DNA from: Planctomycetota bacterium | Lineage (GTDB): Bacteria; Planctomycetota; UBA1135; UBA2386 | Reading direction: 5' to 3' | NCBI GenBank assembly: GCA_020638695.1 | Contig: JACKIB010000020.1 | Location: forward strand, 19,984-83,983 | Length of the DNA stretch: 64,000 nucleotides | Shown here: piece after piece, positions 1 through 8,232 of the stretch | How the letters are laid out: each line of letters opens with the position of its first letter | How positions within the stretch are numbered: position 1 is the stretch's first letter | Notes under the pieces: model-generated | The model's input: only the letters and a program-made list of their open reading frames with translations | Told to the model about the DNA's origin: nothing | The model's database searches: none | Translations under genes and position numbers: made by a program

Positions 1-237
1 CTGATTGCCCTCGTTCAACCCCGCCAGCAATCGGGCGTGCCCGTCGGCGTCGTCGCGGCTCGCGACGAGGAACCGCCACGGCTGACTGTTGTTGCACGAC
101 GCCGCCCAACGCGCGGCCTCGAGCAGGCTCACCATGACGTCCGGCGGCACCGGCCGCTCGGAGAACGCGCGCGGGCTCCAACGATTGCGGATGACGTCGA
201 TGATCGGCTGACGGGTGACGGCGGGCTTGGCGAGCAT
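1..237 (-). CDS. nitroreductase-family protein, N-terminal part only (gene runs off the left edge of the window)
   Basis: Absent from the ORF track because there is no stop in the window. Own translation of the minus strand from ATG 237-235: MLAKPAVTRQPIIDVIRNRWSPRAFSERPVPPDVMVSLLEAARWAASCNNSQPWRFLVASRDD... This RWSxRxF / AxxAPSxxNxQPWRF-type N-terminus is typical of the nitroreductase fold. AGGAG lies 8 nt upstream of the ATG. Confidence 0.6.
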   Translation of the reverse strand, partial: MLAKPAVTRQPIIDVIRNRWSPRAFSERPVPPDVMVSLLEAARWAASCNNSQPWRFLVASRDDADGHARLLAGLNEGNQ

Positions 238-364
238 GGGGGAGACTCCTTCAGGCGGTGACCGGCCGCGACAGGGCCGGCGCGCATGATGCCAGGGCGG
301 ATGGCCGGTCGCGACGCTCCGGCGGCCACCCGCGGGCGGGCACGGGGGCCCGCCCCTACGAGTC

Positions 365-1399
365 CTACGCGGCCGAGTCTGCGCGGTCGGCTCGACCGCG
401 GCGGTGCCGCTCCAGCGTCACCGCCAACCACAGCGCACTGCCACCCGCGAGCAGCGCACTCAGGAACAACGGCACCTCCTCGGCGAGGTGGGCGAAATAC
501 AGCGTGTAGACCTGGATCACCCCGAACGTCACCGCATAGCCGGTGAGCATCCCCATCGCGGTGCGTGCGCCGGCCAGCAGCAACCCGGCGTTCATCCCGG
601 CCCACAGCAGGTTGAACAGCAACAGCTCGCTCGCGCCGCCCGTGCGCCAGCCAGCCTCGAGATCGAAATTGCCGAAGATGGACAGGATCCACAGCGCCAT
701 CTCGGTGAAGTAGATCCCGGCCGACAGCCACACCTTCGCGAATCCCCGGTAACGCAGGAGCGGCCCCTGCTCGGCCATCAGGTGGGCGACCCCGACCAGC
801 GCGATGGCGACGCCGGCGCCGACGAAGCGCAGCGGATAGCTCATCCCGAACCAGTACGCCCCCCAACCGGATGCGTATCCGGTGAAGCCACCGAACCAGG
901 AGAAGAACACCACCGCCGACAGCACCAGCAGCAGCACGTTGCGAAGCAGGTAGGCGAGCGGCACCAACACCAGGAGGTCGATGAGGAGCAGCGCCGGCCA
1001 GTTGCCCGAGCCGGTCGAGTAGATGAGCCCGAGGGTGAACGTGAGCCCGATGATCGCGAAGCCACCGAGGAGCTCCAGCGCGCGCGGCGTCCACACCATC
1101 GTCGGTCGACGCTGCACCAGCCAGCGCGCGCCGCCGAGCAGCGCCGCGACCAACACCACCAGCCCGATCGCGAGCTTCTCGAGGGTGAACTCGAGGTAGT
1201 CGCGCACCAGCACGCAGAGCCCCGCCGCCAGCGTCACCGCGCCGAGGATCAGGAACCACCGGCCGAGCGCGCGCCAGTCCCAACGCGTCACCGGGTAACG
1301 CACCGCCAGCGCCGCGTGCTGCTCGGGCGCGAGCAGCCCGTCGCGCAGCAGGTCGTCGAGCTCGCGGCGGGTCGCACGATTGAGCGATGCAGGTGTCAT
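365..1399 (-). CDS. polytopic membrane protein, DUF2157-like
   Basis: Track ORF 365..1474 trimmed to Met26 (MTPASLNRATRRELDDLLRDGLLAPEQHAALAVRYP...). Short soluble N-terminus followed by many hydrophobic helices. The ATG overlaps the stop of the upstream paralogue (ATGA). Family name is from memory, not searched. Confidence 0.6.
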   Translation of the reverse strand: MTPASLNRATRRELDDLLRDGLLAPEQHAALAVRYPVTRWDWRALGRWFLILGAVTLAAGLCVLVRDYLEFTLEKLAIGLVVLVAALLGGARWLVQRRPTMVWTPRALELLGGFAIIGLTFTLGLIYSTGSGNWPALLLIDLLVLVPLAYLLRNVLLLVLSAVVFFSWFGGFTGYASGWGAYWFGMSYPLRFVGAGVAIALVGVAHLMAEQGPLLRYRGFAKVWLSAGIYFTEMALWILSIFGNFDLEAGWRTGGASELLLFNLLWAGMNAGLLLAGARTAMGMLTGYAVTFGVIQVYTLYFAHLAEEVPLFLSALLAGGSALWLAVTLERHRRGRADRADSAA

Positions 1400-2385
1400 G
1401 ACGTCTCTCCTTCGGTGCCCGTCGCGCGCAGACGCTCGATGAGGTAGCCGATGCCCATCGCCGCGAGCCCGCACACGATCAACACGGTGGCCAGCGAGAG
1501 CCGATCCCAGAACCGCTCGTGAAACCGGGTGTAGAGGTCGATGGCGAGGAACACCACACCGAAGCCGGTGATGCGCCCGTCCTGTAGACGGGCGCCGGCG
1601 ACGATCTGCGCCACCGCCGCGGCGGAGAACGCGACCACCCAGCCGAGCTCACCGCGCGGCAGGGTGAGGAACCAGAGCGAGACGTTGAAGTAGACGAGCC
1701 CCAGGATCAGATACAGGTGCCCGAAGCCGACCAGGCGCACGAGCGGGCCGCCATCCTCCCGCCGCTCGTGCCACAGGCCGAGCACCGCCACGGCCAGCGC
1801 GATCGGCGCCATCACCCGCGGCTCCTGGACGTCCGCGAAGTACCCACCCCCGCCACCGTAGGCGTGCCAGGCGCCGAGGCCGTGGAACGCCATCAGCAGT
1901 CCGAGCAGCAGCGGCCAGCGCATGTGGTAGCGATAGGCGACCCCGATGGCCGCAGCGGCGCTGGCGAGCAACAGCGGTGGTACGAGATCCTCGTCCGGCT
2001 CGGCTCCGGTCGCCATCGCCAGCAGCAGCAGGGTGCCGAAGCACCCGGCGAGCGCGACGGTGACCAGGATCGACCCGGACAGCGGGAAGCGCGCTGCCGC
2101 CTCGGTCGCGAGGCGCACCCCGAGCACCCCGATGCCCACGCTCACCATGCCGAGCAGCACGGCGCCCACCGCCAGCGACTCGCTCATCGCGCCGACGAAC
2201 GAGAGCACGGAGAGCACCAGCCAGAACGCGGCGAATGCACCGAGCCAGCGCAACATGACCGACAGGAAACGCCCCTGCCGGTCGTAGCGACGCCCGAGGG
2301 TGGCGGCGAGGTCGGCGTCGATGAGGCCAGCGTGGTGCCAGCCGGCTGATTGCGCCGCGAGGTGCTCTCGTAGTCGTTCGCGCAT
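1396..2385 (-). CDS. polytopic membrane protein, DUF2157-like paralogue
   Basis: Track ORF 1396..2553 trimmed to Met57 (MRERLREHLAAQSAGWHHAGLIDADLAATLGRRYDRQ...). Same architecture as 365..1399, with a 4-nt overlap onto it. Confidence 0.6.
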   Translation of the reverse strand: MRERLREHLAAQSAGWHHAGLIDADLAATLGRRYDRQGRFLSVMLRWLGAFAAFWLVLSVLSFVGAMSESLAVGAVLLGMVSVGIGVLGVRLATEAAARFPLSGSILVTVALAGCFGTLLLLAMATGAEPDEDLVPPLLLASAAAAIGVAYRYHMRWPLLLGLLMAFHGLGAWHAYGGGGGYFADVQEPRVMAPIALAVAVLGLWHERREDGGPLVRLVGFGHLYLILGLVYFNVSLWFLTLPRGELGWVVAFSAAAVAQIVAGARLQDGRITGFGVVFLAIDLYTRFHERFWDRLSLATVLIVCGLAAMGIGYLIERLRATGTEGETS

Positions 2386-2722
2386 GGTCGGTCCGATCCT
2401 CGGTGCTCTGTGCCCACTCGGGCGTTTGCAGGTCTCGTGCCAGTCGCGCCATCGACCGGAGATGCGCCAACCCATTGATTTGCCAAGCGCATCGAGGGCG
2501 ACACGGGCATCTCCCGCCGAGCCGCCATACAAATCATGTCGGTGATGGCGCACGGAATGCAGGCCGGCGTGCTCTGCCCGGCGGTGGTCCCGCTCTCCGG
2601 TCGGCGCCTCCAGAGCATGGACCCGTCGGCGTCACTCGGCCAGACGACATCCGCGGTTTCGGCGCATCGCGAAACGCGCGAGACTCCGCACCCGGGCGCA
2701 AGCGGACGGAAATGGGAGCACG

Positions 2723-4012
2723 ATGATGTCGATCTCGGTCGAGGCCACGTCGGAACGAATCCTCGCGGCGGTGGATGCGGCCTTCGCGGACCAGGTCGCG
2801 TTCACCCAGGCGCTGGTGCGCTTCCCGTCGCAGCGCGGGGCGGAGCACACGGCGCAGGACTTCGTCCACGCCGCGATGCGCGAGCGTGGGCTCAAGACCG
2901 ACCGCTGGGCCGTGGACGTCGACGCCATCCGCGATCACCCCGGCTTCTCCCCGGTCACCGTCTCCTACGAGAACGCGTTCAACGTCGTCGGCAGCCACCG
3001 CCCGCGCCAGATCCGCGGCCGCTCGCTGATCCTGAACGGCCACATCGACGTGGTCCCCACCGGTCCGCTCGACATGTGGACCTACCCGCCCTACGACCCG
3101 CGGATCGTCGACGGCTGGATGCACGGGCGCGGCGCCGGTGACATGAAGGCGGGTCTCGCCGCCAACCTGTTCGCGCTCGACGCGCTCCGCCGTGCCGGCT
3201 TCCAGCCCGCCGCCGACGTGCACCTGCAATCGGTGGTCGAGGAGGAGTGCACCGGCAACGGCGCGCTCGCCTGCCTGGTCCGCGGCTACCACGCCGACGC
3301 GGTGATCATCACCGAGCCGACCGGCGACGCCCTCACCCGCGCCAACGTCGGCGTGCTGTGGTTCCAGGTCGAGGTGCGCGGGCGCCCTGCCCACGTGCTC
3401 GAGTCCTACAAGGGCTCGAGCGCGATCACCGCGATGTACCGCATCATCGAGGCGCTGCAGGGGCTCGAGCAGGTGTGGAACGCGCAAAGGGGCGAGCACC
3501 GGCACTTCGAGGACCACCCGAAGCCGATCACGGTGAACATCGGCAAGATCGAGGGCGGCGACTGGGCGTCCTCGGTGCCGTGCTGGTGCCGCATCGACGT
3601 CCGTGCCGGCATCTACCCCGGCACCCGGGTCGACGCCGTCAAGGCCGAGATCGAGCGCGCCATCCGCACCGCCTGCATCGACGATCCGATGCTGTCGAAC
3701 CACCCGCCGACGGTCACCTACAACGGCTTCGCGGCCGAGGGCTACGTGCTCGCCGAGGGCAGCGAGGCCGAGGCCTGCCTCGCCCGCGCCCACCACCGCG
3801 TCCACGCGGCGGACCTGCAGTCGGTGACCACCCCGGCCTACCTCGACGCCCGCGTCTTCGCGCTCTACGACGACACCCCGGCCCTGGTCTACGGCCCGCT
3901 CTGCGAGCGTATCCACGGCTTCGACGAGCGGGTGAACCTCGAGTCCTGCCGTCGGGTGACCCAGGCGGTGGCACTGTTCATGGCCGACTGGTGCGGGCTG
4001 GAATCGATCTGA
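2723..4012 (+). CDS. M20-family metallo-deacylase (ArgE/DapE/acetylornithine deacetylase-like)
   Basis: 429-aa ORF with NGHIDVVP, GRGAGDMKAG and VVEEECTGNGA metal-ligand and catalytic motifs of peptidase family M20. Confidence 0.8.
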   Translation: MMSISVEATSERILAAVDAAFADQVAFTQALVRFPSQRGAEHTAQDFVHAAMRERGLKTDRWAVDVDAIRDHPGFSPVTVSYENAFNVVGSHRPRQIRGRSLILNGHIDVVPTGPLDMWTYPPYDPRIVDGWMHGRGAGDMKAGLAANLFALDALRRAGFQPAADVHLQSVVEEECTGNGALACLVRGYHADAVIITEPTGDALTRANVGVLWFQVEVRGRPAHVLESYKGSSAITAMYRIIEALQGLEQVWNAQRGEHRHFEDHPKPITVNIGKIEGGDWASSVPCWCRIDVRAGIYPGTRVDAVKAEIERAIRTACIDDPMLSNHPPTVTYNGFAAEGYVLAEGSEAEACLARAHHRVHAADLQSVTTPAYLDARVFALYDDTPALVYGPLCERIHGFDERVNLESCRRVTQAVALFMADWCGLESI

Positions 4013-4085
4013 GCCCGCGCGCTCGCTGGACGCGCGCCGGGCCCTCGCTCAAGATCCACCATCGGTCGAAACGGGGGACGAGACG

Positions 4086-5456
4086 GTGCCGGGAATGCTG
4101 ACGCTCGACGCACTCAAGAAACTGGTGACCGCCGGCGAGATCGACACCGTGCTGGTGTGCTTCGTCGACATGCAGGGCCGCCTCATCGGCAAGCGGTTCC
4201 AGGCCGAGTTCTTCGTCGACGGCGCGCACGAGGAGACCCACGGCTGCGACTACCTGCTCGCCAACGACATCGACATGGAGCCAGTGCCGGGCTACGCCGC
4301 CGCCAACTGGCAGCGGGGTTACGGCGACTTCGTGATGAAGCCCGACCTCTCCACCCTGCGCCTGGCGCCGTGGCTCGAGGGCACGGCGCTGGTGTTGTGC
4401 GACGTGCTCGACCACCACGACCACGCCGACCTGCCGCACTCGCCGCGCGCGGTGCTGCGCCGCCAGGTGGCGCGACTCGAGAAGCTCGGCATGCGCTGCT
4501 ATGCGGCGTCGGAGCTCGAGTTCTACCTGTTCGACGAGACCTACGAGTCGGCGAGCACCAAGGGCTATCGCGATCTGCAGACCGCCGGCCGCTACATCCA
4601 GGACTACCACATCCTGCAGACCACCAAGGAAGAGGGCGTGATGCGCGCCATCCGCAAGGGTCTGCAGGGCGCCGGCATCCCGGTCGAGAACTCCAAGGGC
4701 GAGTGGGGGCCCGGCCAGGAGGAGATCAACGTCCGCTACACCGACGCGCTGGAGATGGCCGACCGCCACGCGATCTTGAAGAACGCGTGCAAGGAGATCG
4801 CGCTGCTCGCCGGCAAGGCGGTGACCTTCATGGCGAAGTGGGACTACGCGCTCGCCGGCAACAGCGCGCACGTGCACATGTCGTTGTGGGACAAGGCCGG
4901 GAAGAAGCCGCTCTTTCGTGACCCCAAGGGTCCGCACGGCATGTCGAAGGCGATGCAGCACTTCCTGGCCGGTCAGCTCGCGCACGCGCGCGAGATGACG
5001 TACTTCCTCGCGCCCTACATCAACTCCTACAAGCGTTTCCAGGTCGGCACCTTCGCGCCGACACGCGCGGTGTGGAGCATGGACAACCGCACCGCGGGAT
5101 TTCGCGTGTGCGGCGCGGACTCGAGCGCGGTGCGCATCGAATGCCGCATCGGCGGCGCCGATCTGAATCCGTATCTCGCCTTCGCGGCACTGATCGCGGC
5201 GGGGCTAGACGGCATCGAGCAGGAGATGCCGCTGGAGGCCGGTTTCGAGGGCGACGCCTACCACGGCAAGCGCCTGCGCGAGATTCCGAAGACGCTCCGC
5301 GAGGCGATCACCCTGCTCGACAAGTCGCGCTGGCTGCGCGGCGCGCTCGGCGACCAGGTGGTCGACCACTACGTGCACACCGCGCGCTGGGAGCAGCTCG
5401 AGTACGACCGCCGCGTCACCGACTGGGAGCGCCACCGCGGGTTCGAGCGCTCCTGA
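4086..5456 (+). CDS. glutamine-synthetase-family ligase (GlnA3/PuuA-like gamma-glutamyl-amine synthetase candidate)
   Basis: 456-aa ORF with a GS beta-grasp N-domain and catalytic domain (SELEFYLF, NSKGEWGPGQEEIN, NSAHVHMSLW, NSYKRF, NRTAGFRV). Confidence 0.85.
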   Translation: MPGMLTLDALKKLVTAGEIDTVLVCFVDMQGRLIGKRFQAEFFVDGAHEETHGCDYLLANDIDMEPVPGYAAANWQRGYGDFVMKPDLSTLRLAPWLEGTALVLCDVLDHHDHADLPHSPRAVLRRQVARLEKLGMRCYAASELEFYLFDETYESASTKGYRDLQTAGRYIQDYHILQTTKEEGVMRAIRKGLQGAGIPVENSKGEWGPGQEEINVRYTDALEMADRHAILKNACKEIALLAGKAVTFMAKWDYALAGNSAHVHMSLWDKAGKKPLFRDPKGPHGMSKAMQHFLAGQLAHAREMTYFLAPYINSYKRFQVGTFAPTRAVWSMDNRTAGFRVCGADSSAVRIECRIGGADLNPYLAFAALIAAGLDGIEQEMPLEAGFEGDAYHGKRLREIPKTLREAITLLDKSRWLRGALGDQVVDHYVHTARWEQLEYDRRVTDWERHRGFERS

Positions 5457-5552
5457 GCGCGGCGGCGAGAGGCGCTGGACGAGCCCGGGTGCGCGGTCGC
5501 GACCACTGGGCGGGCTCGCCGCGCGACGAATCGCGATCACCGAGGACTACCG

Positions 5553-6938
5553 ATGACTGACAAGGTACGTTGCGTCTCTCCGGTCGACGGCTCGGTCTAC
5601 GCCGAGCGGCCACGCGCGACCGACGCCGAGGTCGCCGCCACGCTGGATCGGGCGCGGGCGGCGCAGCGTGCCTGGCGGCAGACCACCATCGCGGATCGCG
5701 CCGAGGCCTGCTCGCGCGCGGTCGACGCGATGCTCGCCATGCGCGAGGCGATCGTGCCCGAGCTCGCCTGGCAGATGGGTCGTCCGGTGCGCTACGGCGC
5801 CGGCGAGCTCAACGGATTCCAGGAGCGCGCGCGCCACATGATCGGCATCGCCGCGGACGCGCTGGCGCCGGTCGACCCCGGACCCAAGGACGGCTTCGTA
5901 CGCTACGTGCGCCGCGATCCGCTCGGCCTGGTGCTCACCATCGCCCCCTGGAACTACCCCTATCTCACCGCGGTGAACTCCGTGGTTCCCGCGCTGATGG
6001 CGGGCAACGCGGTGATCCTCAAGCACGCGGCCCAGACGCTGCTGGTGGCCGAGCGCTTCCAGGCGGCGATGGACGAGGCCGGGCTGCCCGCGGGCCTGTT
6101 CCAGCACCTGTTCCTGTCGCACGACCAGACCACCCGCATCATCGCTTCCGGTGCCGTCGACCATGTCTGCTTCACCGGCTCGGTCGAGGGAGGACGCGCG
6201 ATGGAGCGTGCCGCCGCCGGCACCTTCACCGGGCTCGGCCTCGAGCTCGGCGGCAAGGACCCGGCCTACGTGCGCGGTGACGCGGATCTCGCCCACGCGG
6301 TCGAGAACCTGGTCGACGGCAGCTTCTTCAACTCCGGGCAGTCGTGCTGCGGGATCGAGCGCATCTACGTCGACGCCAACGTGCACGACGCGTTCGTCGA
6401 GCGCTTCGTCGACCTCACCCGCCAGTACGTGCTCGGCAGCCCGCTCGAGTCCGAGACCACCCTCGGCCCGATGGTGCGCCCGGCAGCGGCGGAGTTCGTG
6501 CGCGAGCAGGTGGCGGCCGCGGTTCGCGCCGGCGCCACCGCGCACGTGGACCCGCGGTCGTTCGAGCGCGACGCGCCAGGCTCTGCCTACATGGCACCGC
6601 AGGTGCTGACCGGGGTCGACCACCAGATGTCGGTGATGCGCGAGGAGTCGTTCGGACCGGTGGTCGGCATCATGCCGGTCGCCTCCGAGGACGAGGCGGT
6701 CGCGCTGATGAACGACTCGCCCTACGGCCTCACCGCCAGCATCTGGACCCGGGATCTCGAGGCGGCCGAGCGCATCGGCACGCACATCGAGACCGGCACC
6801 GTGTTCATGAACCGCTGTGACTACCTCGACCCGGCGCTCGCCTGGACCGGGGTGAAGGACACCGGCCGCGGCGCCACGCTGTCGCGGGTCGGCTACGAGA
6901 TGCTGACCCGCCCGAAGTCGTTCCACCTCCGACGCTGA
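5553..6938 (+). CDS. NAD(P)-dependent aldehyde dehydrogenase
   Basis: 461-aa ORF with ELGGKDP and the catalytic Cys motif FNSGQSCCGIERIYV. Length is typical of ALDH. Confidence 0.85.
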   Translation: MTDKVRCVSPVDGSVYAERPRATDAEVAATLDRARAAQRAWRQTTIADRAEACSRAVDAMLAMREAIVPELAWQMGRPVRYGAGELNGFQERARHMIGIAADALAPVDPGPKDGFVRYVRRDPLGLVLTIAPWNYPYLTAVNSVVPALMAGNAVILKHAAQTLLVAERFQAAMDEAGLPAGLFQHLFLSHDQTTRIIASGAVDHVCFTGSVEGGRAMERAAAGTFTGLGLELGGKDPAYVRGDADLAHAVENLVDGSFFNSGQSCCGIERIYVDANVHDAFVERFVDLTRQYVLGSPLESETTLGPMVRPAAAEFVREQVAAAVRAGATAHVDPRSFERDAPGSAYMAPQVLTGVDHQMSVMREESFGPVVGIMPVASEDEAVALMNDSPYGLTASIWTRDLEAAERIGTHIETGTVFMNRCDYLDPALAWTGVKDTGRGATLSRVGYEMLTRPKSFHLRR

Positions 6939-7011
6939 GAGAATCGGGCACATCGCATCCGCGCCGACCGACGCGCCGTCATCAACCGCACATCACCGAG
7001 ACCCGACGCCC

Positions 7012-8169
7012 ATGAAGTCCGCCAACTGGAGCTATCCGACCGCCATGCGTTTCGGCCCCGGCCGCATCGCCGAGATCGCCGACGCCTGCACCGCCGCCGG
7101 TATCCGCCGCCCGCTGCTGGTGACCGACCCCGGCCTCGCCGCGCTGCCGATGATCCCGGCGACGCTCGAGCGGTTGCGGGGCGCCGGGCTCGCCGCCGAG
7201 GTGTTCTCCGACGTCAAGGCCAACCCGGTCGAGCGCAACGTCGAGACCGGCGTCGCGGCGTTCCATGGCGGCTCTCACGACGGGGTAATCGCGTTCGGTG
7301 GCGGCTCGGCGCTGGACGTCGGCAAGGTCATCGCCCTGATGGTGGGGCAGTCGCGGCCGCTGTGGGACTTCGAGGACATCGGCGACTGGTGGACCCGTGC
7401 CGACGCGAGCCGTATCGCACCCGTCATCGCAGTGCCCACCACCGCCGGCACCGGCTCCGAGGTCGGGCGGGCCGGGGTCATCACCAACTCCGCGACTCAC
7501 GAGAAGAAGATCATCTTCCACCCGAAGCTGATGCCCGTGGTCGTCATCTCCGACCCGGAGCTGACGGTCGGGCTCCCGGCGAGAGTCACCGCGGCGACCG
7601 GCATGGACGCCCTGGCGCACTGTCTGGAGGCGTACTGCGCGCCGAGCTACCACCCGATGGCCGAGGGAATCGCGGTGGAGGGGATGCGCCTGGTCAAGGA
7701 CTGGCTGCCCCGCGCGGTCGCCGAGGGCACCGACATCGAGGCGCGCGGCCACATGCTGGTGGCGGCATCGATGGGCGCCACCGCGTTCCAGAAGGGTCTC
7801 GGCGCCATCCACGCGCTGTCGCATCCGGTCGGCGGGCTGTACGACACCCATCACGGCCTCACCAACGCGGTGTTCATGCCCTACGTCCTCGCGTTCAACC
7901 GCGCGGCGATCGAGGACAAGGTCGAGCGCCTGGCGGCCTGGCTCGGGCTCTCCGGAGGCTTCGGCGCGGTCATGGACTGGGTGCTGGCACTGCGCGCCGA
8001 GCTCGGCATCCCGCACACGCTGGAAGGGTTGGGGGTGCCGATCGAGGGCGCCGGCCAGGTGGCACGGATGGCGGTCGTCGACCCGTCGGCCGGGGGCAAC
8101 CCGGTCACGCTCGACGAGGCCGGCGCGAGAGCCATCTTCGACATGGCGATGGCCGGCCGACTCGCCTGA
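7012..8169 (+). CDS. iron-containing (group III) alcohol dehydrogenase
   Basis: 385-aa ORF with the GGGSALDVGK dinucleotide motif and His-rich metal site (HALSHPVGGLYDTHHG). Confidence 0.85.
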   Translation: MKSANWSYPTAMRFGPGRIAEIADACTAAGIRRPLLVTDPGLAALPMIPATLERLRGAGLAAEVFSDVKANPVERNVETGVAAFHGGSHDGVIAFGGGSALDVGKVIALMVGQSRPLWDFEDIGDWWTRADASRIAPVIAVPTTAGTGSEVGRAGVITNSATHEKKIIFHPKLMPVVVISDPELTVGLPARVTAATGMDALAHCLEAYCAPSYHPMAEGIAVEGMRLVKDWLPRAVAEGTDIEARGHMLVAASMGATAFQKGLGAIHALSHPVGGLYDTHHGLTNAVFMPYVLAFNRAAIEDKVERLAAWLGLSGGFGAVMDWVLALRAELGIPHTLEGLGVPIEGAGQVARMAVVDPSAGGNPVTLDEAGARAIFDMAMAGRLA

Positions 8170-8181
8170 CGCGCGGCACGG

Positions 8182-8209
8182 CGGGCCGGCTCGGAGCACG
8201 ACCGGCCCG
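8182..8209. terminator. GC-rich hairpin between convergent genes (possible bidirectional terminator, no U-tract)
   Basis: CGGGCCGG (8182-8189) pairs with CCGGCCCG (8202-8209) around a 12-nt loop. It lies between the ADH stop (8169) and the GGDEF-EAL stop (8233). Confidence 0.25.
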
Positions 8210-8232
8210 GGGCACGCGCCGCGGCGGCGACG

